Positions 19,194 to 29,048 of a stretch of DNA of 55,467 nt are shown piece by piece. Origin of the DNA: an uncultured Bacilli bacterium (GTDB lineage: Bacteria; Bacillota_I; Bacilli_A; RF39; UBA660); contig CALVIR010000005.1 in NCBI GenBank assembly GCA_944331915.1, positions 1 to 55,467 of the forward strand, in the 5' to 3' direction. The position numbers and the translations under genes are program-made. The notes under the pieces were generated by a model that ran no database searches, was not told where the DNA came from, and saw nothing but the letters and a program-made list of their open reading frames with translations. Numbering within the stretch: the stretch's first letter is position 1; each line of letters starts with the position of its first letter.

Positions 19194-21026
19194 ATGAAAA
19201 AATTATTTTTTGAAACGAGTTTTAGTAAAATTTATATGATAGGTATAGCAGTATTAACATTATTAATAGTTGGAGGATATTTTTCTTATGCGATGTTTAC
19301 AGTATCTAAAGAAAAGAGTAATGCTATTAGTATTGTAACGGGTAATTTAAGTTATACTTTAAATGTTGATGGGGCTAGTGGAAATACACTTAGTGTTAAT
19401 AGTGGAGAGACTAAAGAGTTTACAGTTACTCTAAGTAATCCTAATAGTAGAGTAGCAAGATTTAATTTCTATTATGTAGGAGCATTACCTGATGGAGTAA
19501 GTGCTGGATATGTAACAGGAGATGGATTAAGTACACCACCTGCAGCGACAGGAGTTAATTTGGAAGCAGATGGTAGTGTTGGAGCTAGTAATGTTTATAA
19601 GATAAGAGTAACTAATAACTCTGGTAGTAATGCAACAGTTACATTAGGAGTACAAGTGGGGCTAGATTATAATGATTTAAGTTTGCCTAGTAATGGGCAT
19701 TTGTTTGAAGAAATGAGTGATTCAACTGTAGCAGAGGTGTTGTTAGCAGGAGTAGGAGAAAATGGAGCAATAAATACGACAGATCCAGATCAAACATTTA
19801 TAACAGGAACAGATCCAAATAACTATATTTGGTATAGTGGAAAGTTATGGAGAGCTGTATCAATAGATATTAGTGATAATAGTGTAAAGCTAGTAAGTCA
19901 GAATAATATTTCAACTCTTAGTTATAATCAAGATGGTGATGGTACATTTGTTGGAAGTTATATTGAAATGTGGTTAAATGATACTACAGAATCAGGTTTT
20001 CTTGCCAATCTTCGCTCACCTGAAAAATTTCTTAAAATGGATAGTAAGTGGTTTTCTAAAAGAGAAACTGGTGTTGTACCATATCCTGATTCTGTTAGCA
20101 TAAATCCAGTAGGTTTATTAACAGCATATGAGTATACAAAAGGATGTAATGGTAATTATAGTTCCACATGTTATTTAAATAATGGTTTGTATTCTTGGAT
20201 TTTAAGTGAAAATGGTCTTACAAATTCTGGGGTTTCTTCATTTGCTTTAAATGTTACTTTAGGTAATGATGTTTATGCATTGGGAGTAAGGCCAGCGGTA
20301 AATTTAAAATCTACAATTACTATAAGTTCAGGTGCTGGTACAAGTGATGATCCATATAGACTTGAAGGTGATAATGATACAAATTTGGTTGGCACTTATC
20401 TTAATACGCGATATAGTGGTGAATATGTTCAATTTGGAGTTGGGGAAAATAATTTATACCGTATCGTAAGTCATGAAGATAGTGGTACAAAAATAACTTC
20501 TGATGTTCCTTTGAAAAATAATGGTGTTGATTTACTTATGAAATTTGGTGATACATCAGAATTTTTTTTCAATTCATATGGTATTTCAAATACTATTCAT
20601 GATTTCTTAAATTATACTTTTTATAAAAATAGCACTCTTTATTTATCAGATGATCAGAAAAATATGGTAAAACCAACAAGGCTTTATGTTGGTACAGTTG
20701 GTATGAATGGAAACTATTTGTTAGCTAAGTATAAAGATACAAGTATGTCTACTGAGGTATATTTAGGTGATTTTAATGTTGGTTTGTTGAGAGTAGGAGA
20801 ATTAATGGCTGGACAAAATACTATTAATGATAGTTTTTGGCTTATAACTCCATATCAAACTAACGAGCTTTGGGTTTATTTAGATTACATGGGTTTTTTG
20901 TCTAATTCACAATCAGCAAATTACCAGCACAAAGTCAAACCAACTTTAACTTTAAAAGATAACGTTATTATAACAGATGGAGTTGGGACTAAATCTGATC
21001 CATTCGTCCTAACTTTGGATAGTTAG
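19194..21026 (+). CDS. Secreted protein with a SipW/TasA-type signal region, a camelysin-like N-domain and two ..GVRPA/KVKPT.. repeat modules
   Basis: The N-terminus LIVGGYFSYAMFT....N....TGNLSYTLN resembles the SipW-cognate signal class. The C-terminal half has two modules ending GVRPAVNLKS and KVKPTLTLKD. 610 aa. Confidence 0.7.
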   Translation: MKKLFFETSFSKIYMIGIAVLTLLIVGGYFSYAMFTVSKEKSNAISIVTGNLSYTLNVDGASGNTLSVNSGETKEFTVTLSNPNSRVARFNFYYVGALPDGVSAGYVTGDGLSTPPAATGVNLEADGSVGASNVYKIRVTNNSGSNATVTLGVQVGLDYNDLSLPSNGHLFEEMSDSTVAEVLLAGVGENGAINTTDPDQTFITGTDPNNYIWYSGKLWRAVSIDISDNSVKLVSQNNISTLSYNQDGDGTFVGSYIEMWLNDTTESGFLANLRSPEKFLKMDSKWFSKRETGVVPYPDSVSINPVGLLTAYEYTKGCNGNYSSTCYLNNGLYSWILSENGLTNSGVSSFALNVTLGNDVYALGVRPAVNLKSTITISSGAGTSDDPYRLEGDNDTNLVGTYLNTRYSGEYVQFGVGENNLYRIVSHEDSGTKITSDVPLKNNGVDLLMKFGDTSEFFFNSYGISNTIHDFLNYTFYKNSTLYLSDDQKNMVKPTRLYVGTVGMNGNYLLAKYKDTSMSTEVYLGDFNVGLLRVGELMAGQNTINDSFWLITPYQTNELWVYLDYMGFLSNSQSANYQHKVKPTLTLKDNVIITDGVGTKSDPFVLTLDS

Positions 21027-21157
21027 ATGTCATCAGTCTAGGAAATGTATTACCAAGACTGATGATTGAATTAATGAGGTTATAATTGGGGTTAATAAAT
21101 TATAGTAACAAGTTACAATAGCTTAGATACACTCTGTTGATTCTATTATACAATAAC

Positions 21158-21206
21158 AGTACTAAGATAAAATGATTGACATAGTATTTATCTTAGTACT
21201 TTTTAT
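21158..21206 (+). terminator. Strong hairpin terminator
   Basis: A 14-bp perfect stem AGTACTAAGATAAA / TTTATCTTAGTACT followed by TTTT. Confidence 0.5.
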
Positions 21207-21635
21207 ATTGACTAGTTTTAGAGTATAGAAAAAAAGTACTTGCTAAAGTGATAACTTTATGATAACTTGTAGGTAGGGACTACTTTAAAACAGAATAAAG
21301 AACAGGGAAGTGTTATTAGTTAGATATTTATAATTTGGTGGTGTTTAAATTCAAGGGGCGATGAATTTAGGTTTCAGGCTCTTTTTGTTTTCTTAAAATT
21401 TGTTAAAAAGTATAGATTTAGAAAATTGGTTATAAGTTGTTAAATCAATATTAAATTTTCCTTAAGGGAATATTTAAAATTCAGAAATAAAGTTAGATGA
21501 ATTTAAAGAATTGGTCATTTGAGTAATAATTTTTCTTCTGATATAAGTGTATCAGAGGGGTGTTGTATTTTTCCTTGACAATTAAAAAAGCAACATCAAA
21601 AAATATTAAATGACTTAGCTAGAAATAATGAAATA

Positions 21636-22373
21636 TTGCCTGCTATATCAGATCCGATATTTAAAGCGATTATTAATAGATGTCCTAAATATAGAGCAGA
21701 CTTAGTATCAAGAATTACAGGGATACCAAAAGAGGTGATACTTAATACTTATGTTGAGAAGAATAGTGAATATGTTATAGATAATGCTTTAGAGAGAAAG
21801 AAAACCTCTGACGTAGTATTTGGTATAATTAATTCAATAGTTAATATTGAATTAAATGGCGGGTATTATGATGGACTTATTGAAAGAAATATTGCATATA
21901 GAGATAAGATTCAAATAGACTTAGTAACAAAAAACCAAGATTATAAGAAGATTCCTAAGGTCATACAGATAAATATAAATAGATTTGGACATTTTAAAAG
22001 TAAAGAAGAAATTTTAGAGTTTAAATCAAGAGATAAACTTGGAATAGTAGAGACAGATAAATTTATTAATTATCATCTAAATCTTAAAAGAATTGAAAGA
22101 AAATATGAATCTGGTTTAACTTTAAATAAGTTAGAAAAAGAGTTGCTGATATTAACATTAAAAAGTGTTGAAGAAATAAATAAACTTAGTGAAGGAGATG
22201 AGGAGTTAATGGAGGTAGCAAGAAACTTAAAAGATATAACATATGATATTAATACAGTTGGTTTGTATTATGAGGATGAAGAAAGAAAAAGAGTAGAGAA
22301 TACCAAGATAAGATATCATGAGGAATTAGCTTTGAAAAAAGAACTTGAACAAGGAAAGTTAGAGACAGCTTAA
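21636..22373 (+). CDS. Rpn-family recombination-promoting nuclease / PD-(D/E)XK putative transposase, likely disrupted
   Basis: Overall pattern of the YhgA/Rpn-like family. The start is TTG. The TAA at 22371 is followed in frame by NLIAMKLPLKDVVKATGLSEKQVRKLC, the family's usual C-terminal HTH tail, ending at 22457. Confidence 0.65.
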   Translation: MPAISDPIFKAIINRCPKYRADLVSRITGIPKEVILNTYVEKNSEYVIDNALERKKTSDVVFGIINSIVNIELNGGYYDGLIERNIAYRDKIQIDLVTKNQDYKKIPKVIQININRFGHFKSKEEILEFKSRDKLGIVETDKFINYHLNLKRIERKYESGLTLNKLEKELLILTLKSVEEINKLSEGDEELMEVARNLKDITYDINTVGLYYEDEERKRVENTKIRYHEELALKKELEQGKLETA

Positions 22374-22508
22374 AATCTAATTGCTATGAAATTACCTTTA
22401 AAAGATGTTGTTAAAGCGACAGGTTTAAGTGAAAAGCAAGTTAGAAAATTATGTTAATGTGTCATTACTACATTATAGGGCTTTAGGCTCTTTTTCTTTT
22501 TTAAATAA

Positions 22509-22535
22509 TTAGCACTCTCTATTGACAAGTGCTAA
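22509..22535 (+). promoter_or_regulatory. CIRCE operator (HrcA binding site)
   Basis: TTAGCACTC-N9-AAGTGCTAA compared with the consensus TTAGCACTC-N9-GAGTGCTAA. It overlaps the -35 of the clpB promoter. Confidence 0.7.
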
Positions 22536-22550
22536 TTTATGTTATATAAT
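22522..22550 (+). promoter_or_regulatory. clpB promoter
   Basis: TTGACA (22522-22527), 17-nt spacer, TATAAT (22545-22550). Confidence 0.55.
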
Positions 22551-22572
22551 ATGCTTGTGTATGAAAGGAGAG

Positions 22573-24678
22573 ATGTATATGTATCAAAATCCTAATGAAG
22601 AAAATGAAAATGTATTAGAGAAATATGGTCGTAATATAAATGAAGCGGTTAAAGCTGGAAAGATTGATCCAGTTATTGGTCGCGATGAAGAGATTCGTAG
22701 TATAACTAGGGTTTTATCACGTAAGACGAAAAATAACCCAGTATTAATTGGAGAACCTGGTGTTGGTAAAACAGCAATTGTTGAAGGTCTTGCTCTTAGA
22801 ATAGAGAGAGGTGACGTTCCTACTAGTCTTAAAAATAAAACTATTTGGGAGTTAGATATGGCTAGTTTAGTAGCTGGAGCTAAATACCGTGGTGAATTTG
22901 AAGAGAGACTTAAAAAAGTATTAAATGAAATTAAAAAGAGTGAAGGCTCTATTATTATGTTTATTGATGAGATTCATATGATTGTTGGTACTGGTAATAC
23001 AGAAGGGGCAATGGATACATCTAATATCCTTAAACCTATGCTTGCTAGAGGAGAAATTCATGTAATAGGAGCGACTACTTTAAATGAATATCGTAAATAT
23101 ATAGAGAAAGATGGAGCGTTAGAGAGACGTTTTCAAAAGATATTGGTAAAAGAACCTAGTGTGGAAGATACAATTACAATATTACGTGGTTTGAAAGAAC
23201 GTTTTGAAATTCATCATGGTGTTACTATTCATGATAATGCTTTAGTAGCAGCGGCAACCTTGTCAAATAGATATATTACTGATAGATATTTACCTGATAA
23301 AGCGATAGATTTAGTAGATGAAGCTTGTGCAACGATTAGAGTACAGATGGATTCTGTTCCTAATGCTCTTGATTCATTAACGCGGAAGATTATGAGACTT
23401 GAGATTGAAAGACAGGCGATAAAGAAAGAAAAAGATCAATTGTCTTTAAAACGAAAAGAGGAAATAGATCAAGAACTTGGAAAATTAAAAGCCAAGGAGA
23501 GAGAATATAAAGAGGCTTGGGAAGAAGAGAAGAGTCTTAATGATAAGATTAATGCTAAGAAGAAAGAGATCGAGAAAGCTCGCTTCGAGTTAGAACAAGC
23601 TGAAAATAAATATGATTTAGAAAAGGCAGCTAAACTACAACATGGGACAATTCCAAGACTAGAGAAGGAATTAGAAGAGTTAAAAGCTAATGATAAGATG
23701 CAACTTTTAAGTGATAATGTTACTGAAGAAGATATTGCTGGTATTATTTCTAAATGGACTAATATACCGCTTAGTAAATTAGTTAGTAGTGAGAAAGAGA
23801 AACTTTTGAATCTTGAAAATAGTATGAAAGCAAGAGTTATGGGACAAGATGAAGCTTTGCATTTAGTTAGTGAAGCGATTATTAAGTCACGTAGTGGAAT
23901 AAAAGATCCTAATAGACCAATTGGTTCATTCATTTTCTTAGGACCAACAGGAGTTGGTAAAACTGAGGTTGCAAGAACACTTGCTTATGAACTATTTGAT
24001 GATGAAAGACATATGGTTAGAATTGATATGAGTGAATATATGGAGAAATTTAGTGTGTCTCGTTTAATTGGTTCACCTCCAGGATATGTTGGATACGAAG
24101 AAGGTGGACAATTAACAGAAGCGGTTAGACGTAATCCATATAGTATTGTCTTATTTGATGAGATAGAGAAAGCTCATCCTGAGGTTTTAAACTTGTTATT
24201 ACAAATACTTGATGATGGTAGAATTACTGATTCAAATGGGAGAACAGTCGATTTTAAAAATACAATTATAATTATGACCTCTAATCTTGGTAGTGAATAT
24301 ATTTTAGATGGTGATACAAGTAAAGTAATGGATGAGGTTAGAAATCATTTTAGACCAGAGTTTATTAATCGTGTTGATGAGATTATTGTCTTTAAACCTC
24401 TTACGAAAGATGTTATTTATCAAATATTAGATAAGATCATTTCTGATATTGAAAAACGTCTATCTATGAATGATATTCATATTAAATTAACAGATAAAGT
24501 GAAAGATTATTTAGTTGAGGCAGGATATGATGTTAATTATGGAGCTAGACCTTTAAAACGTGAGGTTAGTAAGACGGTTGAAAGTATTCTTGCTCATGAG
24601 TTAATTAAAGGCAATGTTAAGTATGGAGAAACTGTTACTTTTGATGTTGTTGATAACGAATTAAAATTGGTTAAATAA
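22573..24678 (+). CDS. clpB: ClpB-type AAA+ disaggregase lacking the N-terminal domain
   Basis: Two AAA modules (GEPGVGKTA and GPTGVGKTE Walker A motifs) flank a long coiled-coil middle domain. Start placed at the ATG at 22573 behind an AAAGGAGAG RBS, because the track start at 22522 lies inside the promoter. Confidence 0.9.
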   Translation: MYMYQNPNEENENVLEKYGRNINEAVKAGKIDPVIGRDEEIRSITRVLSRKTKNNPVLIGEPGVGKTAIVEGLALRIERGDVPTSLKNKTIWELDMASLVAGAKYRGEFEERLKKVLNEIKKSEGSIIMFIDEIHMIVGTGNTEGAMDTSNILKPMLARGEIHVIGATTLNEYRKYIEKDGALERRFQKILVKEPSVEDTITILRGLKERFEIHHGVTIHDNALVAAATLSNRYITDRYLPDKAIDLVDEACATIRVQMDSVPNALDSLTRKIMRLEIERQAIKKEKDQLSLKRKEEIDQELGKLKAKEREYKEAWEEEKSLNDKINAKKKEIEKARFELEQAENKYDLEKAAKLQHGTIPRLEKELEELKANDKMQLLSDNVTEEDIAGIISKWTNIPLSKLVSSEKEKLLNLENSMKARVMGQDEALHLVSEAIIKSRSGIKDPNRPIGSFIFLGPTGVGKTEVARTLAYELFDDERHMVRIDMSEYMEKFSVSRLIGSPPGYVGYEEGGQLTEAVRRNPYSIVLFDEIEKAHPEVLNLLLQILDDGRITDSNGRTVDFKNTIIIMTSNLGSEYILDGDTSKVMDEVRNHFRPEFINRVDEIIVFKPLTKDVIYQILDKIISDIEKRLSMNDIHIKLTDKVKDYLVEAGYDVNYGARPLKREVSKTVESILAHELIKGNVKYGETVTFDVVDNELKLVK

Positions 24679-24697
24679 AAAAGAGATGACTTTACCA

Positions 24698-25240
24698 TTA
24701 AGTGAGGTCATCTTTTTCAATTTCTGATATTATAACTAATTGTTTATCATTAGATTTTTTACTACATGTTGTTAAAATTAATCTTTTTTGATCACTTTTC
24801 TTTATTTCAATATTACCATCTTTGGGTTGTTCTTCAATACTTGTAATTTTGTAAAGAAGATTAGTATTTTTATAGGTTAAATTGATAGTATCATTTAAAG
24901 TAAGTTCATCTAAATCATTAAAATAAGCGATATCACCTGGTCCTGAATGGGCTGCTAAAACAATTAATTTTTCGGTATCAGTTAAAATGGTAACATTTTC
25001 TTCCACATTATTGTGGGGATTAGTAAGAGAATAAATATCTCTTTTAAGATTTATTTTGGGTATTTGTAGAGTAGCAATAACATCGCTTTTAGCAATGCTA
25101 TTATCTAAATAATTGATATTACTATTTTCTATTTTAGCTGTTTTTACAGTGTTTTCTTTATTTTCACTTGTATAGATTAAAAGGCAACTACCTAGATATA
25201 TTGTTAAGAGGAGAAAGCTAATTAAACTTTTTCTTAACAA
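24698..25240 (-). CDS. Sortase family transpeptidase
   Basis: An N-terminal TM anchor, LQIPKINLKRDIY, the active-site His region LAAHSGPG and the catalytic Cys in LILTTCS. It overlaps the end of the upstream adhesin gene. Confidence 0.85.
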   Translation of the reverse strand: MLRKSLISFLLLTIYLGSCLLIYTSENKENTVKTAKIENSNINYLDNSIAKSDVIATLQIPKINLKRDIYSLTNPHNNVEENVTILTDTEKLIVLAAHSGPGDIAYFNDLDELTLNDTINLTYKNTNLLYKITSIEEQPKDGNIEIKKSDQKRLILTTCSKKSNDKQLVIISEIEKDDLT

Positions 25241-26696
25241 AATAAGTAGGTAAAAGAATTAGGTTTAGTAATTGATAGTTGCTTTTAGTACTGGTATTAG
25301 GTACTTCGATGGAGATGATTTCTTCTTCTTTTTCTTCTTCATAATCGTTAATTATATAGTAATATTCTTCCTTAGTATCATCAATAAAAACATTAAATGG
25401 TTCTACTTTTGTATAACCATCAGTAGTATTTTTTTGAACTATTTTATAATGACCATAGGGAAGAGTTATTTTGGCTATTCCATCTTCATCAGTTGTTATT
25501 TCTTCTACTAAGTTGTTATTGCTATCATATATTTCAAAAGTGATATTAGATTCTTCTTCCATAGTTATACCGTCACCATAATATTTTTGAATTACAAGTT
25601 CATTTTCAATAACTTTATTTTTTATAAGTAGTTCTACTTTGGTATTATCAGGAGTAAATTCTATTTTATATGTTTCGTTATCTTGGAGATAGCCAACTCC
25701 TGCTTCTTTCTCCTTGATGTAGTAGATACCATAATCTAGGTTGTAATCATTACTGGTGATATTTATTTCCATGTTTTCATCTAAAGATAAATCTGTGATT
25801 TTCTCCATCTTGTCGTTATAAAGAGTAAAGACAGTATCTTTTAGGGAAGCTTCACCAGTACTTTCGTTACTTAAAGAGTCAGCATCTACCTTTTTAATAT
25901 TTAGTTCTAGCTCGTTAAAACAAAATTTAACATGAGCATAGGTGTTGTTAGGATTTCCTACAGTTGCTAGTTGTTGATTGTTAGGATTGTAATAGAAGAG
26001 AATAGGGCTACTATAACTGTAGTTTTTAAAAAATTCTATTTCATAACAGCCTTTCTCATTGTTAGTGGTCGTAATCTTATTACCTTCTTTTATAATACCT
26101 TGTGGGGTAGAAAAGTTTCCTAATTGATTGTTAGTATCTTCTATGGTAATTGGTTTACCAGCAATACCATAAAAGGTTTGATTATTAAAACTTGGTACTT
26201 TGTAACTACCTTCTATAAGGCTATTAATAGTGGCAATTTCATCATCGTAAGCATTAATTCTGTTACCATTTAAAGTGTCTGTAAAATAAAATTCACTATC
26301 GGGTTCTACCGTTTGCCAAATCATTAGTTGGGTAACAGCATACCATTTTAAATTATAGCCATTACTGGGATAACCATAACCAAAACCAATAATTTCAATT
26401 AATCTTTTTTGTTGTTCTTCAGTTAAAGTAGGTAAAGTAGAAACACTTTCATACGTGTTATCACTTGGGTTGAAGGTAACAAAAGGTTGTAAGCAGTAAG
26501 CAAGACGTCCATCACTGGTTCTTCTATAGACTCTGGCTTTTTGATAATACTTAATATTAGTCTTTTTATCATATCTAACCATATAAATATTATCAATATA
26601 CTCAGCTTCATAAAAAGAAGCAGTACTGGCATTAACTGTAGTTATACTGGTTAAAATAGTAATAATACCTGTTAAGAATAATAATATTTTTTTCAT
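25218..26696 (-). CDS. Cell-wall-anchored surface protein with a thioester (TQxxIW) domain and SpaA/prealbumin-like domains
   Basis: A signal peptide, the Cys motif LAYCLQP and the Gln motif AVTQLMIWQ of thioester adhesin domains. The C-terminal sorting signal is VPNTST plus a hydrophobic stretch plus KKKFN. Confidence 0.8.
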   Translation of the reverse strand: MKKILLFLTGIITILTSITTVNASTASFYEAEYIDNIYMVRYDKKTNIKYYQKARVYRRTSDGRLAYCLQPFVTFNPSDNTYESVSTLPTLTEEQQKRLIEIIGFGYGYPSNGYNLKWYAVTQLMIWQTVEPDSEFYFTDTLNGNRINAYDDEIATINSLIEGSYKVPSFNNQTFYGIAGKPITIEDTNNQLGNFSTPQGIIKEGNKITTTNNEKGCYEIEFFKNYSYSSPILFYYNPNNQQLATVGNPNNTYAHVKFCFNELELNIKKVDADSLSNESTGEASLKDTVFTLYNDKMEKITDLSLDENMEINITSNDYNLDYGIYYIKEKEAGVGYLQDNETYKIEFTPDNTKVELLIKNKVIENELVIQKYYGDGITMEEESNITFEIYDSNNNLVEEITTDEDGIAKITLPYGHYKIVQKNTTDGYTKVEPFNVFIDDTKEEYYYIINDYEEEKEEEIISIEVPNTSTKSNYQLLNLILLPTYFVKKKFN

Positions 26697-26758
26697 TTTT
26701 CTTCCTCCTTTTTCTTAACGGCTCCTACTTTAACAGACGTTTATAAAAAAGACAAATC

Positions 26759-26864
26759 GGGAAAATTGAAAATTCAGGATGATTTTGGGAGCAATTTTTA
26801 ATATTTAGAGAGGGAATTTTAAAAATTGAATGAGAGAATGAGGGGGAAAATTAAAAATTCAAGA
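26759..26864 (+). repeat. Three imperfect ~21-bp direct repeats in the divergent intergenic region
   Basis: GGGAAAATTGAAAATTCAGGA (26759), GGGAATTTTAAAAATTGAATGA (26812) and GGGAAAATTAAAAATTCAAGA (26844). Confidence 0.5.
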
Positions 26865-26900
26865 AAAATATTTACTTTTGAAAATTTATATCATATACTA

Positions 26901-26922
26901 TATATGAACATGTATTCATATA
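26901..26922 (+). promoter_or_regulatory. ArsR/SmtB-type operator palindrome
   Basis: TATATGAACATGTATTCATATA, an inverted repeat of TGAAC..N..ATTCA type as in CzrA/CadC operators. It lies immediately upstream of the arsR-family gene RBS. Confidence 0.6.
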
Positions 26923-26934
26923 AGGAGAATAGAG

Positions 26935-27228
26935 ATGGAAGAAAAATATATTTTAGAACTTACTAATTTCTATAAAGTCTTTGCGGATAGTAATAGACTG
27001 AGAATCTTGTTTCTATTAAGTGAAAATAAATATAGAGTTAGTGAGATTACTAAACGTTTAGAGATTAGTCAATCAGCAGTATCACATCAGTTACAACTTT
27101 TAAGACAATTAAACTTGGTTAAAGTAGAAAGAGTTGGGAAAGAAATATATTATAGTATAAGTGATCATCATATCAATATAATACTAGATTATGGACTTAT
27201 CCATATAAAGGAGAAGAATAATGAATAA
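26935..27228 (+). CDS. ArsR/SmtB-family metalloregulator
   Basis: FKVFADSNRLRILFLL and ISQSAVSHQLQLLR helix-turn-helix motifs. 97 aa. It overlaps the ATPase gene start. Confidence 0.85.
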   Translation: MEEKYILELTNFYKVFADSNRLRILFLLSENKYRVSEITKRLEISQSAVSHQLQLLRQLNLVKVERVGKEIYYSISDHHINIILDYGLIHIKEKNNE

Positions 27229-28999
27229 GAAATGGCAATTAATTAGTGGAATTATTATCTTTATTATCGCTTTTTTACTTAAAAGTTTACCGCTTTATAT
27301 AATCAGTTACTTGGTACTTGGCTATGATATATTTATTAAAGCTTTTAATAATATTAAAAAGAAAGAGTTCTTTGATGAAAATACATTGATGATTATTGCA
27401 ACAGTTGGAGCTTTTATAATTAATGAAAATATGGAAGCGGTTTTAGTTATTATGCTTTATCAAATAGGAGAGACATTATCTGATTATGCGTTAGATAATT
27501 CAAAGATGAAAATAGCAGCATTAATGGATTTAAGAGGAGATTTTGCTAGATTAATAAAAGATGATAGAGAGAAGAAAGTTAGTCCTAATAAAGTTAGAAT
27601 TGGCGATATCATTTTGGTTAAACCTGGAGAGGTTGTACCTTTAGATGGGATTAGTTTAGATGATGATATTAGTCTTGATACTAAGAGTTTGACAGGAGAA
27701 GCTAGACCTTTGATTGTTAAAACTAATGATGAGGTGCTTAGTGGGAGTATTGTAGTAAGTAAACCCTTAAGAGTTAAAGTTACAAAAGATGGAGATAACT
27801 CTACAGTTAGTAAGATTGTAAAATTTATGAAGAATGCGGAAGAAAATAAAACAAAAACAGAGAGTTTTATTACAAGATTTTCTCATATATATACACCTGT
27901 TGTCTGTTTGTTAGCATTATTAATCTTTTTGATACCAACCATGTTAGGTTATAACTATGTTGATTTTCTATATAAAGCTTTAATCTTCTTAGTTATATCT
28001 TGTCCTTGTGCGTTAGTTATATCAGTACCTTTAAGTTTCTTTTCAGGAATTGGAAGATGTAGTAAGGAAGGAATACTTGTTAAGAGTACAACGGTTTTAG
28101 AGAAAGCTAGTAAGATAAGTAAAATATATTATGATAAGACAGGGACATTAACAACAGGAGAATTTAAAGTTGCTTCTATTGTTCCTAGTAAAGGAGTTAG
28201 TATATCCTTGTTAAAAGAATTAGTGACAGCGGGAGAGCTTTATTCTAATCATCCTTTGAGTAAGATCTTGTCATTTAAGGAGGCAAAAGTTAAGAAAAGT
28301 GAGGTAACAGACTTTGAAGAAATAGCAGGAACGGGGGTTAAATGTAAATATAAAAAGAAAGAATTAGTAGTTGGTAGAGGTGTTAATAATAATGTTTCAG
28401 AATTAGGAACCATTGTTTCTGTTACTTATGACCATAAAGAGATGGGATATATTGTTATTAGTGACAACTTAAAAGAGAGTAGTAAAGAAGCATTAGATAA
28501 ATTAAATGGTTTGGGAATAGAACAGACAATGTTAACAGGTGATAGAGAAAAGTATGCGATGAAGATTGCTAAAGACTTAAATATTAATTATAAAGCTTCT
28601 TTGTTACCAGTTGATAAAGCAGAGATAGTAAAAAAATCTTTAACAGATAGGGATGTAGTAGCTTTTGTAGGTGATGGTATTAATGATGCACCAGCTTTAG
28701 TTACTAGTGATATAGGTATTTCAATGGGGGGAATTGGTAGTGATATGGCAATGGAAGCTAGTGATGTAATACTTATGCATGATGACTTAAGAGGTATTAA
28801 TAAATTTATTAGAATTAGTAAATATACTAATATTAAAATAAGACAGAATATTGTTTTTGCACTTACTTTTAAAATCCTTATTCTATTACTAGGACTTATT
28901 ATAGATTTACCTATTTACTTAGCTATTTTTGCAGATGTGGGAGTAATGTTATTAACAATATTAAACAGTTTATTAATCTTTAAAAAGAACTTTAATTAG
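27221..28999 (+). CDS. Heavy-metal-translocating P1B-type ATPase without an N-terminal metal-binding domain
   Basis: The CPC motif (ISCPCALV), the phosphorylation site DKTGTLT and the hinge GDGINDAP. There is no CxxC HMA domain at the N-terminus. 592 aa. Confidence 0.9.
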   Translation: MNKKWQLISGIIIFIIAFLLKSLPLYIISYLVLGYDIFIKAFNNIKKKEFFDENTLMIIATVGAFIINENMEAVLVIMLYQIGETLSDYALDNSKMKIAALMDLRGDFARLIKDDREKKVSPNKVRIGDIILVKPGEVVPLDGISLDDDISLDTKSLTGEARPLIVKTNDEVLSGSIVVSKPLRVKVTKDGDNSTVSKIVKFMKNAEENKTKTESFITRFSHIYTPVVCLLALLIFLIPTMLGYNYVDFLYKALIFLVISCPCALVISVPLSFFSGIGRCSKEGILVKSTTVLEKASKISKIYYDKTGTLTTGEFKVASIVPSKGVSISLLKELVTAGELYSNHPLSKILSFKEAKVKKSEVTDFEEIAGTGVKCKYKKKELVVGRGVNNNVSELGTIVSVTYDHKEMGYIVISDNLKESSKEALDKLNGLGIEQTMLTGDREKYAMKIAKDLNINYKASLLPVDKAEIVKKSLTDRDVVAFVGDGINDAPALVTSDIGISMGGIGSDMAMEASDVILMHDDLRGINKFIRISKYTNIKIRQNIVFALTFKILILLLGLIIDLPIYLAIFADVGVMLLTILNSLLIFKKNFN

Positions 29000-29048
29000 A
29001 GTATTTAAATTTACTCTTTTTTTCTTTATAATAATAATGGTGATAAAG

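Noticed and set aside
21365-21390. Recurring T-AGG-YTT-AGGCTCTTTTT-like motif at about 21367, 22478 and 41813
   Set aside because: The motif is short, imperfect and always at positions where a terminator T-run is expected. I could not define a consistent longer repeat or stem by eye.
23469-23933. 154-aa minus-strand ORF inside clpB
   Set aside because: It lies antisense to a well-supported AAA+ coiled-coil region. The Ser/Leu-rich translation is typical of a shadow ORF opposite Lys/Glu-rich coding sequence.
26759-26864. CRISPR array
   Set aside because: There are only three imperfect 21-bp repeats with unequal spacers of about 11 and 32 bp. No cas genes are present, so a regulatory repeat is the better reading. 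No CRISPR-like array was seen elsewhere in the window.
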